Source of the DNA: a virus
Virus record (IMG/VR): IMGVR_UViG_3300028840_003271
Coordinates: 96,001 to 160,000 of that record
DNA length: 64,000 bases
Strand: one strand, 5' to 3'
Position numbers and translations under genes: made by a program. Under the pieces are notes generated by a model. That model was not told the origin of the DNA and did no database searches. It saw only the letters and a list, made by a program, of their open reading frames with translations. How positions within the stretch are numbered: the first letter of the stretch is position 1; every line of letters starts with the position of its first letter. Shown here piece after piece: positions 1-9,673 of this stretch.

Positions 1-2
1 GT

Positions 3-218
3 ATGAAAGTTGAGGGTGAGAGTTCTGAGGATCAGGATGATGATGTAGACGATACTCCTGCTGATTCTACTGACCTCGATAAAACTCAAGCTGAAAACGA
101 TGTTGATTTAACTTCTGCAACTGAAGTTGAAAATGAAGACGATGAAGTTACAAAAGTTCGTAATGAAATGGCTACGGCTTTTGCTGCTTTGAATCCAAAA
201 GAGAAGGGAGATAAATAA
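3..218 (+). CDS. Acidic C-terminus of a probable prohead protease/scaffold protein (likely 5'-truncated by the window edge)
   Basis: D/E-rich ORF directly upstream of the capsid genes; stop overlaps the next ATG. Positional inference. Confidence 0.45.
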   Translation: MKVEGESSEDQDDDVDDTPADSTDLDKTQAENDVDLTSATEVENEDDEVTKVRNEMATAFAALNPKEKGDK

Positions 219-799
219 TGGCGATTAAAACTAATCGAAGTTACATGCCTCACGGAACTGATATCTCCTTTTTCATGAATGAGACTGGTGAAAAAGGTGA
301 AGTTCTCGTATTTAACACTGGTGGTTCCGGTGCTTCAATGGATGACGCTAATGCTGTTGTGAAAACTCCTGCTACTCTTTCTGGTTCAATTCCTGCTGGT
401 ATTTTAATGAATGATGTGGTTAATCTTGATTTAACTCGTCAGCATTTAAATCAGCATAAAGACGAAGTACAGCTAGGTGGTAAAGTTACGCTAATGCGTC
501 ATGGTGTGGTTGTTACGAACGTAATTCATACTGGTGCTGGTGGAGCTTGTAAGGAGAACGGTGTTAGTGTTCCTGCTGTTACAATCGGTGCTCCAGCATA
601 TCTAGGTCGTGGTGCAATTACGTCTGGTGGAACTGTCCAGGGGTGGCTTTCTACTCTACCCCCGCTTGACCACCGTTGGGAAGGTGCTGACGGAACTAGT
701 CCAAATGCTACCGATGTTGATCTATTGTATCGTGTTGGAACGTTTTTGAGCGTAAAAGATAGTGATGGTTACGCTAAAGTAGAAGTTAATATACCATAA
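218..799 (+). CDS. Capsid decoration/cement protein
   Basis: 193 aa, Gly/Val-rich, ends 'VGTFLSVKDSDGYAKVEVNIP' as in head decoration proteins; immediately precedes the capsid gene. Confidence 0.6.
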   Translation: MAIKTNRSYMPHGTDISFFMNETGEKGEVLVFNTGGSGASMDDANAVVKTPATLSGSIPAGILMNDVVNLDLTRQHLNQHKDEVQLGGKVTLMRHGVVVTNVIHTGAGGACKENGVSVPAVTIGAPAYLGRGAITSGGTVQGWLSTLPPLDHRWEGADGTSPNATDVDLLYRVGTFLSVKDSDGYAKVEVNIP

Positions 800-810
800 G
801 GAGGTTTATA

Positions 811-1812
811 ATGAAGATTAAAGCTACTGAAAAAATGCGAAAGCTCTTAAAAACCTCCGGTAATAGTAATCCTGATATCGCATTAGCTGCTTTTCGTGAA
901 ATCGTAAAAGCTCTACAAACACCCCTTCGTCAGGGTGTGTTAGATGGTGATATTATTGGAGGTTTGTTCGAAGTCGAGGAGCTTCCTCCGGGTCACGGTT
1001 CAACCGTTGAATATCCGTTGGATTTTATTGCTCCTGGAACTGAAAAAGATTATGTGGCATACACGCTTCCTAATCATGGTGCAATTCCTCACCAAACCGT
1101 TGAGGGTGATTATGTAATGATCCCCACGTACGATATTGGTGCTGCACTTGATTGGAATCTAAAATATGCTAAAAATGCTCGTTGGGGTGTTGTTGAGCGT
1201 GCATATAATGTGCTTCGTTCACAGTTTGTTAAGAAAATGAACGATGATGGTTTTCATACTATTATCACTGCTGGTGTAGACCGTAACTTGGTGGTTGCTG
1301 ATAGTGATGCTGCTGCTGGTCAATTTACGAAGAGACTTGTTTCTCTAACTAAAACCGTTATGCGTCGAAATGGTGGTGGAAATAGCTCGTCTGTAAATCG
1401 TGGTAAACTTACTGATTTATGCGTGAGTCCAGAAGCGGTAGAAGATATTCGTAACTGGAATGTAGATCAGGTTGACGAAATTACTCGACGTGAGATTTAT
1501 GTTGCCGAAGACGGTACTTTAAATCGTGTTTTCCAAGTCAATTTACGTGATCTTGATGAACTTGGTGAGGGTCAGGAGTATAATAAATTTTATACTAATA
1601 CTCTTTCTGCAAGTATTCCAACTGGTGACGTGGAGATTGGTGTGGGTCTCGATCTTTCTAAGGGTGACACTTTTGTGATGCCTGTTCAGGAAGAACTTGA
1701 GATTTATGAAGACTCAAATCTGCATCGCCAAAGAATGCAGGGAATCTACGGTTGGCAGACACAAGGATTTGGAGTTCTTGATAACCGGCGTGTAGTTCTT
1801 GTTTCAATGTAA
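811..1812 (+). CDS. Major capsid protein (probable HK97 fold)
   Basis: 333 aa, strong SD (AAGGAGG), followed by a strong terminator; C-terminal 'GIYGWQTQGFGVLDNRRV' resembles HK97-fold capsid ends. Confidence 0.8.
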   Translation: MKIKATEKMRKLLKTSGNSNPDIALAAFREIVKALQTPLRQGVLDGDIIGGLFEVEELPPGHGSTVEYPLDFIAPGTEKDYVAYTLPNHGAIPHQTVEGDYVMIPTYDIGAALDWNLKYAKNARWGVVERAYNVLRSQFVKKMNDDGFHTIITAGVDRNLVVADSDAAAGQFTKRLVSLTKTVMRRNGGGNSSSVNRGKLTDLCVSPEAVEDIRNWNVDQVDEITRREIYVAEDGTLNRVFQVNLRDLDELGEGQEYNKFYTNTLSASIPTGDVEIGVGLDLSKGDTFVMPVQEELEIYEDSNLHRQRMQGIYGWQTQGFGVLDNRRVVLVSM

Positions 1813-1826
1813 AAAATAAAAATATT

Positions 1827-1872
1827 ATCCCCAAGGACAAAATCGGTGCTTTGCTCTTTGGGGATTTTTTTT
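1827..1872 (+). terminator. Rho-independent terminator after the capsid gene
   Basis: ATCCCCAAGGACAAA...TTTGCTCTTTGGGGAT stem followed by a T-run. Confidence 0.8.
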
Positions 1873-1936
1873 GGATTTTTTTGGTGTAGATGGATGACAG
1901 AACCATAAATATATGGATAGACTACTTACAACATAA

Positions 1937-3361
1937 ATGGAGAATAAAATGCTACTTATGTCGGAAACTTTAGAAAAATATGGTTATTCTTATGACGAAC
2001 TTAGTTATGGTTCTAAAAAACCAATCATTGTTCAGTGTGATTATTGTAATAAAATTTATGAAACAAATAAAAAACGACGACTTAAAGCAAACGAATTAGT
2101 AGATAAAGACGCTTGTATAAATTGTAAATTCAAAAAGCGTGCTGATATAAGTATGTGTAAATATGGAGTAGATAATATATCAAAATTAGAGAGTGTGAAA
2201 AATAAAATACGAAACAAAAATCAAGATAGATTGAAATCTGAAGAATATAAACAACAGCACAAGAAAATTATGTTAGAAAAATATGGTGTAGAATCAGCAT
2301 TTCAAAATAAAGATTTAAAGGAGAAACAAAAGAAAACAATGTTAGAAAGATACGGTGTTGAACATTTTGCTCAAAATAAAGAACGACATAAATTAACTAC
2401 AAAAAAAATGATTGAAACAAAAATAAAGCGTGGAAAAATCAAACTATATGATGGTAAAACACGACCGACCATTGCTAAAGAACTTGGATTTTCTCGTTCT
2501 CATTTTGGTAAAATGGTAAATAAATATGGATATGATAAAGCAAAATTGATGACACATTATGAAACCAGTTTAGAAAAAATGTTTAGAGAATGGGTAGACA
2601 CTTTAGAAATAGATTATCAAAAGCAATTTCGGGTAGAAAATAAAGTGGCCGACCTATATTTTTCTTCTCATAAAATAATTGTTGAATTGGATGGTTTATA
2701 TTGGCATTGCGAATTAACCACACCAGATTATCTTTATCATTATAATAAATACGAGTGCTATATTAAAAACGGTTATTATCCATTATTTTTCCGTGAAGAT
2801 GAACTTACAAATCCAATTAAATTTAAGATAATTCAATCTATGGTTTTGAACAAGTTGGGACGAAGTAAAAAATTAGGAGCAAGGAAATGTGATATTTTAA
2901 TGTTAGATAATAAAAAAGATATTGAAGAATGTAGAAAATTTGTTAACGAAAACCACTTAATGGGAGTTGGGGCTGGACAATATTTTATACTCAAATACTC
3001 TGGACAAATTATGTCTGTATTATGTTTAAAGAGAAAAAAAGAAGATGAATATGAAATTTCACGCTTTTGTTCTCGTCGAGACTATTCTATAACCGGAGCT
3101 TTTTCTCGTCTTTTAAATTTTGCTGAAAATCGTGTAAAAATGTCGTCGTTGTCTACTTTTATTGATCGAAGATATGGAAGTGGAAATTATTTACCAAATT
3201 TGGGTTTTATAAAAAAGACAAATTATCCAAGTTTTAAATGGACTGATGGGTTGGAGACTTTTCATCGAATGAAATTTCCAAAAAACACTGGCTATGATAA
3301 AGGATTGGTAAAATTATGGGATTGTGGACAGGTAAGGTGGACCAAAGAATATGGTGTATAA
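1937..3361 (+). CDS. Free-standing homing-endonuclease-like protein (Zn ribbon, KYGV repeats, Vsr/DUF559-type nuclease, C-terminal GNAT/Mom-like domain)
   Basis: CDYC...CINC; repeated (K/R)YGV(D/E); 'ADLY..SHKIIVELDGLYWH' nuclease motif; C-terminal 'NENHLMG...YEISRFCS...GAFSRLL...IDRRYGSG'. Very AT-rich insertion in the head module. Confidence 0.7.
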   Translation: MENKMLLMSETLEKYGYSYDELSYGSKKPIIVQCDYCNKIYETNKKRRLKANELVDKDACINCKFKKRADISMCKYGVDNISKLESVKNKIRNKNQDRLKSEEYKQQHKKIMLEKYGVESAFQNKDLKEKQKKTMLERYGVEHFAQNKERHKLTTKKMIETKIKRGKIKLYDGKTRPTIAKELGFSRSHFGKMVNKYGYDKAKLMTHYETSLEKMFREWVDTLEIDYQKQFRVENKVADLYFSSHKIIVELDGLYWHCELTTPDYLYHYNKYECYIKNGYYPLFFREDELTNPIKFKIIQSMVLNKLGRSKKLGARKCDILMLDNKKDIEECRKFVNENHLMGVGAGQYFILKYSGQIMSVLCLKRKKEDEYEISRFCSRRDYSITGAFSRLLNFAENRVKMSSLSTFIDRRYGSGNYLPNLGFIKKTNYPSFKWTDGLETFHRMKFPKNTGYDKGLVKLWDCGQVRWTKEYGV

Positions 3362-3362
3362 T
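3353..3362 (+). promoter_or_regulatory. Putative phage late promoter motif GGTGTATAAT
   Basis: Same 10-mer or a near copy recurs upstream of structural genes (13575-, 15646+, 15664-, 17869+). Confidence 0.6.
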
Positions 3363-3405
3363 TTAATATAATATGACGATATAACACTTTTATAGGACTA
3401 GAATT

Positions 3406-4125
3406 ATGACCCCTTTTTTTCTCTATAAATATAAGTATGGATTATTTATTTTGTTGTTTTTAACATTATTATTACCTTCTTTTGGTTTTACGCAAGGTAT
3501 TACTCCATTACCAAGCTTAGATCGTTCTTATCGTGGAGGTGGTACGGTTACGGTAGATATTTCTAATGTGGTTTGGAATATGACGAGTACATATGATTTT
3601 TTGGTTCAAGATGATGGAACAACTTTTTTTAGAATTATTGATACTGGTGATATTGAAATTCCTTTAGATGATGCTGAAATTCGATTTGGTACTGGTTCTG
3701 ATGCTTATATAACTTTTGATGGTGATAGTTTAAATATTGTTGCTAATAATGTTACTGCTACTGATGATTTTAGTATAACTGCTGATACAATGGTAGTAAA
3801 TTCGGAAGTGGCATACACTCCTTCAAGTGATCAATCTCAAGCTAATGATTCAGCTATTACTGTAACTAAACGAGTTATGAGAGTTGTGGGAGACGGTGGT
3901 GCTGTAGTTTTAGACACTTCTCCTTCTGTAAATGATGGTGAATATGATGGACAAGAGGTGGTTATTCAAGGAACTTCAGATGTAAATACAGTTCAGATTA
4001 CGGATAATACTAATGTTCAATTAGATGAAGACACGGCAGTTACATTAGGTAAGGGTGATACGTTACATTTACTATGGGATTCTGGTGATTCTGATTGGTA
4101 CGAGTTGGGTCGTTCGGACCCTTAA
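3406..4125 (+). CDS. Acidic beta-rich protein with N-terminal signal peptide/TM; possibly virion-associated or secreted
   Basis: Hydrophobic 'YGLFILLFLTLLLPSFGFTQ' then a D/T/S/G-rich body. Confidence 0.5.
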   Translation: MTPFFLYKYKYGLFILLFLTLLLPSFGFTQGITPLPSLDRSYRGGGTVTVDISNVVWNMTSTYDFLVQDDGTTFFRIIDTGDIEIPLDDAEIRFGTGSDAYITFDGDSLNIVANNVTATDDFSITADTMVVNSEVAYTPSSDQSQANDSAITVTKRVMRVVGDGGAVVLDTSPSVNDGEYDGQEVVIQGTSDVNTVQITDNTNVQLDEDTAVTLGKGDTLHLLWDSGDSDWYELGRSDP

Positions 4126-4127
4126 AT

Positions 4128-4160
4128 ACCCCCCCGGCTTTTCCTGGAGCTGAGGGGGTT
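4128..4160 (+). other. GC-rich intergenic hairpin
   Basis: ACCCCC-C-CGGCT...AGCTG-A-GGGGGT inverted repeat with no long T tail. Confidence 0.45.
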
Positions 4161-4186
4161 GGAGCAATAACAGGAGATGGTGATTC

Positions 4187-7153
4187 ATGATAAATAGAAT
4201 AGTTATATTTATTGTTATGTTATTAGTTCCGACAGTTGCTGTTGCTGGTTGGCGAAATTCATCTTGTACTGTATATCATGTTACGAGTTTATCTGGAGAT
4301 GGAACAGGAAGTGGTACATTTCGAGATGCTGTTGCTGCTGATGGAGACGATATTGATACACCAAGAATTGTAGTTTTTGATATTGGTGGAATGATTCGGC
4401 CGACTAGTAGAATTAGTATTACGCGAAACAATTTGTATATCGCAGGTCAGACTGCACCAGGTGGAATTACGATTGCTGGAGCGGAAGTAAGGATACCTGG
4501 TACGTTTCATGCCGATGGAGAGCGGGATGAAGGAGATAATACTTATCACGATATTTGTATTCGTCATGTTCGGTTCTATTGTAATCACCTCGATACATCT
4601 TCTCAGCGGGGTAGTCTCCGCAGTTTTTCAGCAATCAACGCAGACCGGTTGATTCTTGACCATTGTTCGTTTATGGGGTCGTCGGATGAGTCGCCTGGAT
4701 TCTATCTCTGCGACGACGTTACGCTGAGTCATTGTGTCATCTTCGATCCGGCTCTTTGTGGTCAGGGCGGGGGATACCATGACGAGGGCAATCACCACTT
4801 TGGTCCTCTGTTCTCGTATTCCGACTTTGGCCAGTATGACGTACATCATTGCCTGCTCGCCAACGTCTACTACAGGATGCCTAATATCGCGGTGCCTGAT
4901 GGTTTGGGCTGCGAAATGATTAACAACGTGTTCTTCAACTGGGAGGCACTTGGTCCTTGGGTGATGTGTAATCATGCTGAGGCTTATTGCAACTACGAAG
5001 GCAACTCGATGATTGCTGGGGCCAGTAGTGTTGCCGCAGGCAAGAAGAAGTTCATGTTCTCGCCAGACGGATCGTATGATCTTTTACTTTATCGTAATGA
5101 TAATGATTATCATATCGACGGGAGCTGGGAGGATTGGACTGCTACACACAGTGTTGATATGTATGATCCCGATGGTGATAAAAATGAACAGGAATCGCGA
5201 TGGACAAGTCCAACATTATGGCCTATTACAAGATCTGCTAGAGCAACTGCTTATACGAACGTACTAGCAAATGCTGGGGCTTGGCCGAGAGATGCGGCTG
5301 TGCGAAAATTGGTTGCTGATGTAGCTAATCTTCAATCTGGTGGTTCAATGGGATTAAAGTATCCAATTGAACATTTTTCGAGTGATAGTGATGGGCCAAC
5401 TGCTGCTGCCAATGACGATGATCGTGATGGAATGAACGATACTTGGGAAGACGAAAATGGGTACGATAAAACCGATGCAACTGATTTTAAAGAATTTGTT
5501 ACTAGTGGTGAGTATGATGGTTTTATGGCAATCGAGTGGTATCTTGAGACGCTGCACGATGCGAAAGAGGCGGTTGATGGTACGCTGCGTACCCTGACGC
5601 TTTCCAAGACCGGAACCGGGGCCATCTGTCCATCATATGGTCGCATTACCCAGGATGGTCTATTCGCCTGGGGTGGACGCGACATGGGGCAGTGGTATGG
5701 GCAGATTGATCTCGTCACCAACTCTCCCTACAGTTACAACGATGGCTCGATTGTTGTGTTACGGGCACGTCCGACTCGCAAGCCGGGTTACGATGATAGT
5801 GTTGCTGGTACGGTCTTTAGCAAATGGGACTGTGACGGCGAGGACATAGATGAACAGACCGCACCTCACATCGAATTCCCGATTGGAAAAGATCTGACAA
5901 TTGATGCCGTTTTTACCAACGCTACTCAACGAACTATTACTACGACTGTTGATGGGACTGGGACTGTATGGGGTGGTGGTGATTATGATGATGGTGAAGT
6001 GGTAACACTTATTGCTTATAGTACTGGTGGTACACACGACTTTAAACAATGGAACCAAACGGCTGGAGATGCTCATGCAATGGATGGGCATGACGGACCA
6101 ATTCTTCAATTTCATGCAGATGGTGATTATACGTGGGAAGCCGAATTTGAGGCAGGTTCGGCCGATGACGTGTTGATCGACGACTTTGACGACCAAGACC
6201 TAAGCGATACGGAATGGGGTAGTTTGACATGGATTCTTGGAGGTGTGCCTGGTGCATTTGGGGCTTCTTCCGGTTTAGAGCATTATGACTTCGGCGGCGG
6301 TGACTATGGCATTCGATACTATCAGCAGTCAGGCGGGATTGCCAATCTGATCCTGCGAAGGGACACGGCCGAACCTCCGAACGGACTTGGGGTAGACCCA
6401 TACTACGAGATTCCCGATGGCACGGTCGCCTTGGCATTTGACATCCACAACAAAGATGACGGGGCCGATGTGGCTAAGCTCGATCCCCAGTTGTCGCCAT
6501 ATGGTAGAAGTTGTCCGTTTGAATATGCAGACAGATTTTATGTGGCATGGAAAGTCGGCGATAGTAGTTGGGGTTGGGACGACCGCGAGGACAATCGGTT
6601 TTGGCACCACTTCAGCGACAGATGGAGGGTGCCAGAGATTGCAGTAGACGCCAGCCATACTGTGGTGATCCCGCTGATTTTCTTAAATGGGCACACTTAC
6701 GATACCGATCATCAGGTCACAGATCAATCCAAGTTTGGCGTATTCTGGGCGGAGTATTTTCTGCATGCCCGCGTTTGGGATGATGCCTGGGTAGTCATGG
6801 ATGATATTCGGTGGTTGCGGGCTGATACGGCCGCGTTGAGTTGGTCGGACGTGACGCCCGTTGCTCACGCGGGAGCTGACCAGACCACAAAGGACTTTGA
6901 TTCATCCGGCGGTGAGACTATTCTTTTGGATGGCACGAAGTCGATTTGCCCAGATGGCGAGATGATTGCTGAGGCAAACTACGATTGGAGTTGGACGGAC
7001 GAAGGTGGGGAGAAGACAGCGGAAGGACCAACTGCACTGGTGACAATTGAGGAAGATGACGGTGACACGGTAACTGTTACTCTTACAATTACGGATGGAG
7101 ATAACGATACGGATACAGATACCGTAGATATTACAATAGCGGCTCCGCCATAA
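4187..7153 (+). CDS. Secreted pectate-lyase-like (PL1-type beta-helix) protein with InlB-B-like repeats and a C-terminal PKD/Ig domain
   Basis: Signal peptide; 'VYHVTSLS..GSGTFRDAV...PRIVVFDIGG', 'IAGQTAPGGITI', 'LDHCSF...DE', 'YRMP', 'DDDRDGMNDTWE', 'PVAHAGADQT...LLDGTKS'. Confidence 0.75.
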   Translation: MINRIVIFIVMLLVPTVAVAGWRNSSCTVYHVTSLSGDGTGSGTFRDAVAADGDDIDTPRIVVFDIGGMIRPTSRISITRNNLYIAGQTAPGGITIAGAEVRIPGTFHADGERDEGDNTYHDICIRHVRFYCNHLDTSSQRGSLRSFSAINADRLILDHCSFMGSSDESPGFYLCDDVTLSHCVIFDPALCGQGGGYHDEGNHHFGPLFSYSDFGQYDVHHCLLANVYYRMPNIAVPDGLGCEMINNVFFNWEALGPWVMCNHAEAYCNYEGNSMIAGASSVAAGKKKFMFSPDGSYDLLLYRNDNDYHIDGSWEDWTATHSVDMYDPDGDKNEQESRWTSPTLWPITRSARATAYTNVLANAGAWPRDAAVRKLVADVANLQSGGSMGLKYPIEHFSSDSDGPTAAANDDDRDGMNDTWEDENGYDKTDATDFKEFVTSGEYDGFMAIEWYLETLHDAKEAVDGTLRTLTLSKTGTGAICPSYGRITQDGLFAWGGRDMGQWYGQIDLVTNSPYSYNDGSIVVLRARPTRKPGYDDSVAGTVFSKWDCDGEDIDEQTAPHIEFPIGKDLTIDAVFTNATQRTITTTVDGTGTVWGGGDYDDGEVVTLIAYSTGGTHDFKQWNQTAGDAHAMDGHDGPILQFHADGDYTWEAEFEAGSADDVLIDDFDDQDLSDTEWGSLTWILGGVPGAFGASSGLEHYDFGGGDYGIRYYQQSGGIANLILRRDTAEPPNGLGVDPYYEIPDGTVALAFDIHNKDDGADVAKLDPQLSPYGRSCPFEYADRFYVAWKVGDSSWGWDDREDNRFWHHFSDRWRVPEIAVDASHTVVIPLIFLNGHTYDTDHQVTDQSKFGVFWAEYFLHARVWDDAWVVMDDIRWLRADTAALSWSDVTPVAHAGADQTTKDFDSSGGETILLDGTKSICPDGEMIAEANYDWSWTDEGGEKTAEGPTALVTIEEDDGDTVTVTLTITDGDNDTDTDTVDITIAAPP

Positions 7154-7212
7154 TGATAAGATATATTATGAGAAAAAAACAGCAGTTTTGTTATTATATG
7201 GTATTTAACAAT

Positions 7213-9198
7213 TTATGCTGTTTGTGGTATAGCCCATTTATTTCCATCTGTATTCATACAAATCAAGTTTGCACCATATCCAGATGTTAGCACTAAGTTT
7301 CCAGCTCCGACATCTAAATTAGCACTATCATTTAATGTACAACTTCCGCTAAAAGCTACTAAACGAACTTGTTGTCCACGCCAACCATTAGTAAGAGTAT
7401 TAATACTACCACTACCAGTTAAATATATTAAATAATTTGGACCCATAGCAGTTTTTACAGACACGGTTGATGATATTGGAATTTTAATACCGTCGCTATA
7501 AAGATAATTTTGATATCTTAATTTACTAGCATCGAAAATGTGTGGATTAATGTATGTTGTATACGAACCAGAATTTATAACATCTTGTATTGGTCTTGGA
7601 TAATAGACCCACCAATTTTCTGCCAAATTAGCACCGTCTGTTTTTGCATATATGGATTCTACATAAGTGTAGAGACAATTAGTATCAATAGAAACAAAAC
7701 ACTCATAAAAATTTCGACCTCTTACATTTTTAACAGAACAAGCATTGCAATCTATTAATTCGACACATCTTCTTGGTGCTCGTCTTTTTACTGCACTGAT
7801 AGCATATAATCTGGCTGTACCACCATTATCACCACCTGGATCTTCGTTTAATGTTACAACACCACCAGTAACACCAGATATAGTATAAATTCCTGGTGTA
7901 ACACCAGTAGCAATACTATCCCAAAGATAGACTTCGTCTCCATTTTCTAACATAGTAGATGCCCAACTAGATCCAACATCTTGCACTGTTTGATCAATTT
8001 GGTCTACTTTTAGGCTTGGTTTAGAGGCTGCTGTACCTATCGTAATTGTTGTACTTACGTTTTCTATTGAACAATTTTCTGCTTTTTCCATACGTATAAA
8101 TGTATCAGCCAATGTTAATACGTCCGCTTCTTCATATCGTATGTCACGCAAAGTTACGTTGTCTCCATGTATAATAGATAGTGGATAATAATTTGTTGTT
8201 AAACCAGAAGAATTAAAATTAACTTCTTCAAAATGTAAGCTGTTTACACTCATTGAATCGCAATTGAAATATGTTCCACATCGTAAATCGTATTTAGGAT
8301 CAGAAGCTAAATCAATGTCTAAAGTATGTGTTGAAGATTCACCAGTAATAGTTTCATTTTCATCAAAATCACCACTACCGCTTGGATGATGTACAACAAT
8401 TTGGGTACTGGCAGGATGAGCACTCCATCCTAGAAAGATACCCGCATTACCACTATTTCCAGAAAGTTTTTCTAATGGCCAAAAAGTGGTTTGAAAAGCA
8501 CTTTCACTCCAATTATCAACATTATAACTTTTAATAACAGGTACTTGTGTTGCAGATTTACCAAATACAGATAATTGTTCAGTTTTACAACCATTTGCTC
8601 GTAAAAACATTGTTCCCATACCGTTAGCGTTTGAAATATTAATGTGTTTATAGTTACCAAACCATGCATCATTAGCTATTAAACCACAAAATTTAGAATT
8701 ATGTATATAAACTCGATATAACATTCCTTTATTTAAACGATTGGTATATATTCCAGCAATTTTACCATTACAATTTAACATAATATTGGATAACACACGA
8801 CCAACATATTCGGCGTCTGGAGAAAAGTTTATAAAAAACGTGTTCATATGTGGTTGATCGGCTCCACCCCAATTTAACCACACATTGCCTTCACCACGTA
8901 ATGTACAACCTGTTTTTTGATTTGGTCTCCAGTGTCCATTACTTTGTGAATATCCAATGTATAAAGGTGAGCCTATAGCATATTGTCCTGCTGATAATAT
9001 TATTTCTGGAGAAAAGAATCCTTCATTGGCTCCCCAATCATAAATAGACGATTGAGCCTCGTTAATAGCTGCTTGAATTTCAATATGATCATTTACATTG
9101 TCACAAACATAATCAGCACCACATTTAATACGATCACTAGCATTATTAGCTGCAATATAAATTTGACCAGTTTTTTGTTTTGTTGATTTTAAACCCAT
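7213..9198 (-). CDS. Tailspike/fibre-like right-handed beta-helix protein
   Basis: 'ADYVCD..NDHIEIQAAIN...IILSAGQY' opening typical of pectin-lyase-fold spikes; repetitive N/I/S beta strands. Confidence 0.65.
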   Translation of the reverse strand: MGLKSTKQKTGQIYIAANNASDRIKCGADYVCDNVNDHIEIQAAINEAQSSIYDWGANEGFFSPEIILSAGQYAIGSPLYIGYSQSNGHWRPNQKTGCTLRGEGNVWLNWGGADQPHMNTFFINFSPDAEYVGRVLSNIMLNCNGKIAGIYTNRLNKGMLYRVYIHNSKFCGLIANDAWFGNYKHINISNANGMGTMFLRANGCKTEQLSVFGKSATQVPVIKSYNVDNWSESAFQTTFWPLEKLSGNSGNAGIFLGWSAHPASTQIVVHHPSGSGDFDENETITGESSTHTLDIDLASDPKYDLRCGTYFNCDSMSVNSLHFEEVNFNSSGLTTNYYPLSIIHGDNVTLRDIRYEEADVLTLADTFIRMEKAENCSIENVSTTITIGTAASKPSLKVDQIDQTVQDVGSSWASTMLENGDEVYLWDSIATGVTPGIYTISGVTGGVVTLNEDPGGDNGGTARLYAISAVKRRAPRRCVELIDCNACSVKNVRGRNFYECFVSIDTNCLYTYVESIYAKTDGANLAENWWVYYPRPIQDVINSGSYTTYINPHIFDASKLRYQNYLYSDGIKIPISSTVSVKTAMGPNYLIYLTGSGSINTLTNGWRGQQVRLVAFSGSCTLNDSANLDVGAGNLVLTSGYGANLICMNTDGNKWAIPQTA

Positions 9199-9199
9199 T

Positions 9200-9673
9200 T
9201 TATACCTCTATTAACCATGTTCCTTCTTGTGATAATGTATACCAACAACCGGTTGTAGCAGCAAATAAAGTGATAATAGATCCTATTCCAGTAGAACTGA
9301 TATATCCACCTTTAATACCAGAAATGGTTCCTACCCATATATGATCTACATCATTAGCTGTAACTTTTAAACCGTGTGTTGTATTAACAATAAAAGACAT
9401 TTCTACTCCACCAGATGCTACTGGTAAATTAAATAAAACATGTTCAATAGCATTATTAGTATTAAACATATAATTTTGATGAGTATAATTTAATGCATGT
9501 GTTCCAGATGCTATACCAGAAATTGGAATTGAATGCATAGAACCCGTACTGGCAAGATGATCACCAATTAATTGAAAATTATCAGTTAAAGCTTGACCAC
9601 CATCTCCTTCTAATGGTTCTGGACGAACAATTTTTATACCAGTATGATTATATGTAACTAATATAACACTCAT
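9200..9673 (-). CDS. Virion fibre/appendage accessory protein (paralogous to the C-terminus of 9673-10878)
   Basis: Start better placed at ATG 9673, coupled to the upstream TAA; shares 'G.AL.DNF.LI.DH', 'NLP....G.E..F.V' and 'GYI.S...GS.I.L.A'. Confidence 0.55.
   Translation of the reverse strand: MSVILVTYNHTGIKIVRPEPLEGDGGQALTDNFQLIGDHLASTGSMHSIPISGIASGTHALNYTHQNYMFNTNNAIEHVLFNLPVASGGVEMSFIVNTTHGLKVTANDVDHIWVGTISGIKGGYISSTGIGSIITLFAATTGCWYTLSQEGTWLIEV

Noticed and set aside
4289-6868. Numerous overlapping and antisense ORFs inside the lyase gene and other long genes
   Set aside because: Shadow ORFs from higher GC or codon bias; no SD or recognisable motifs.
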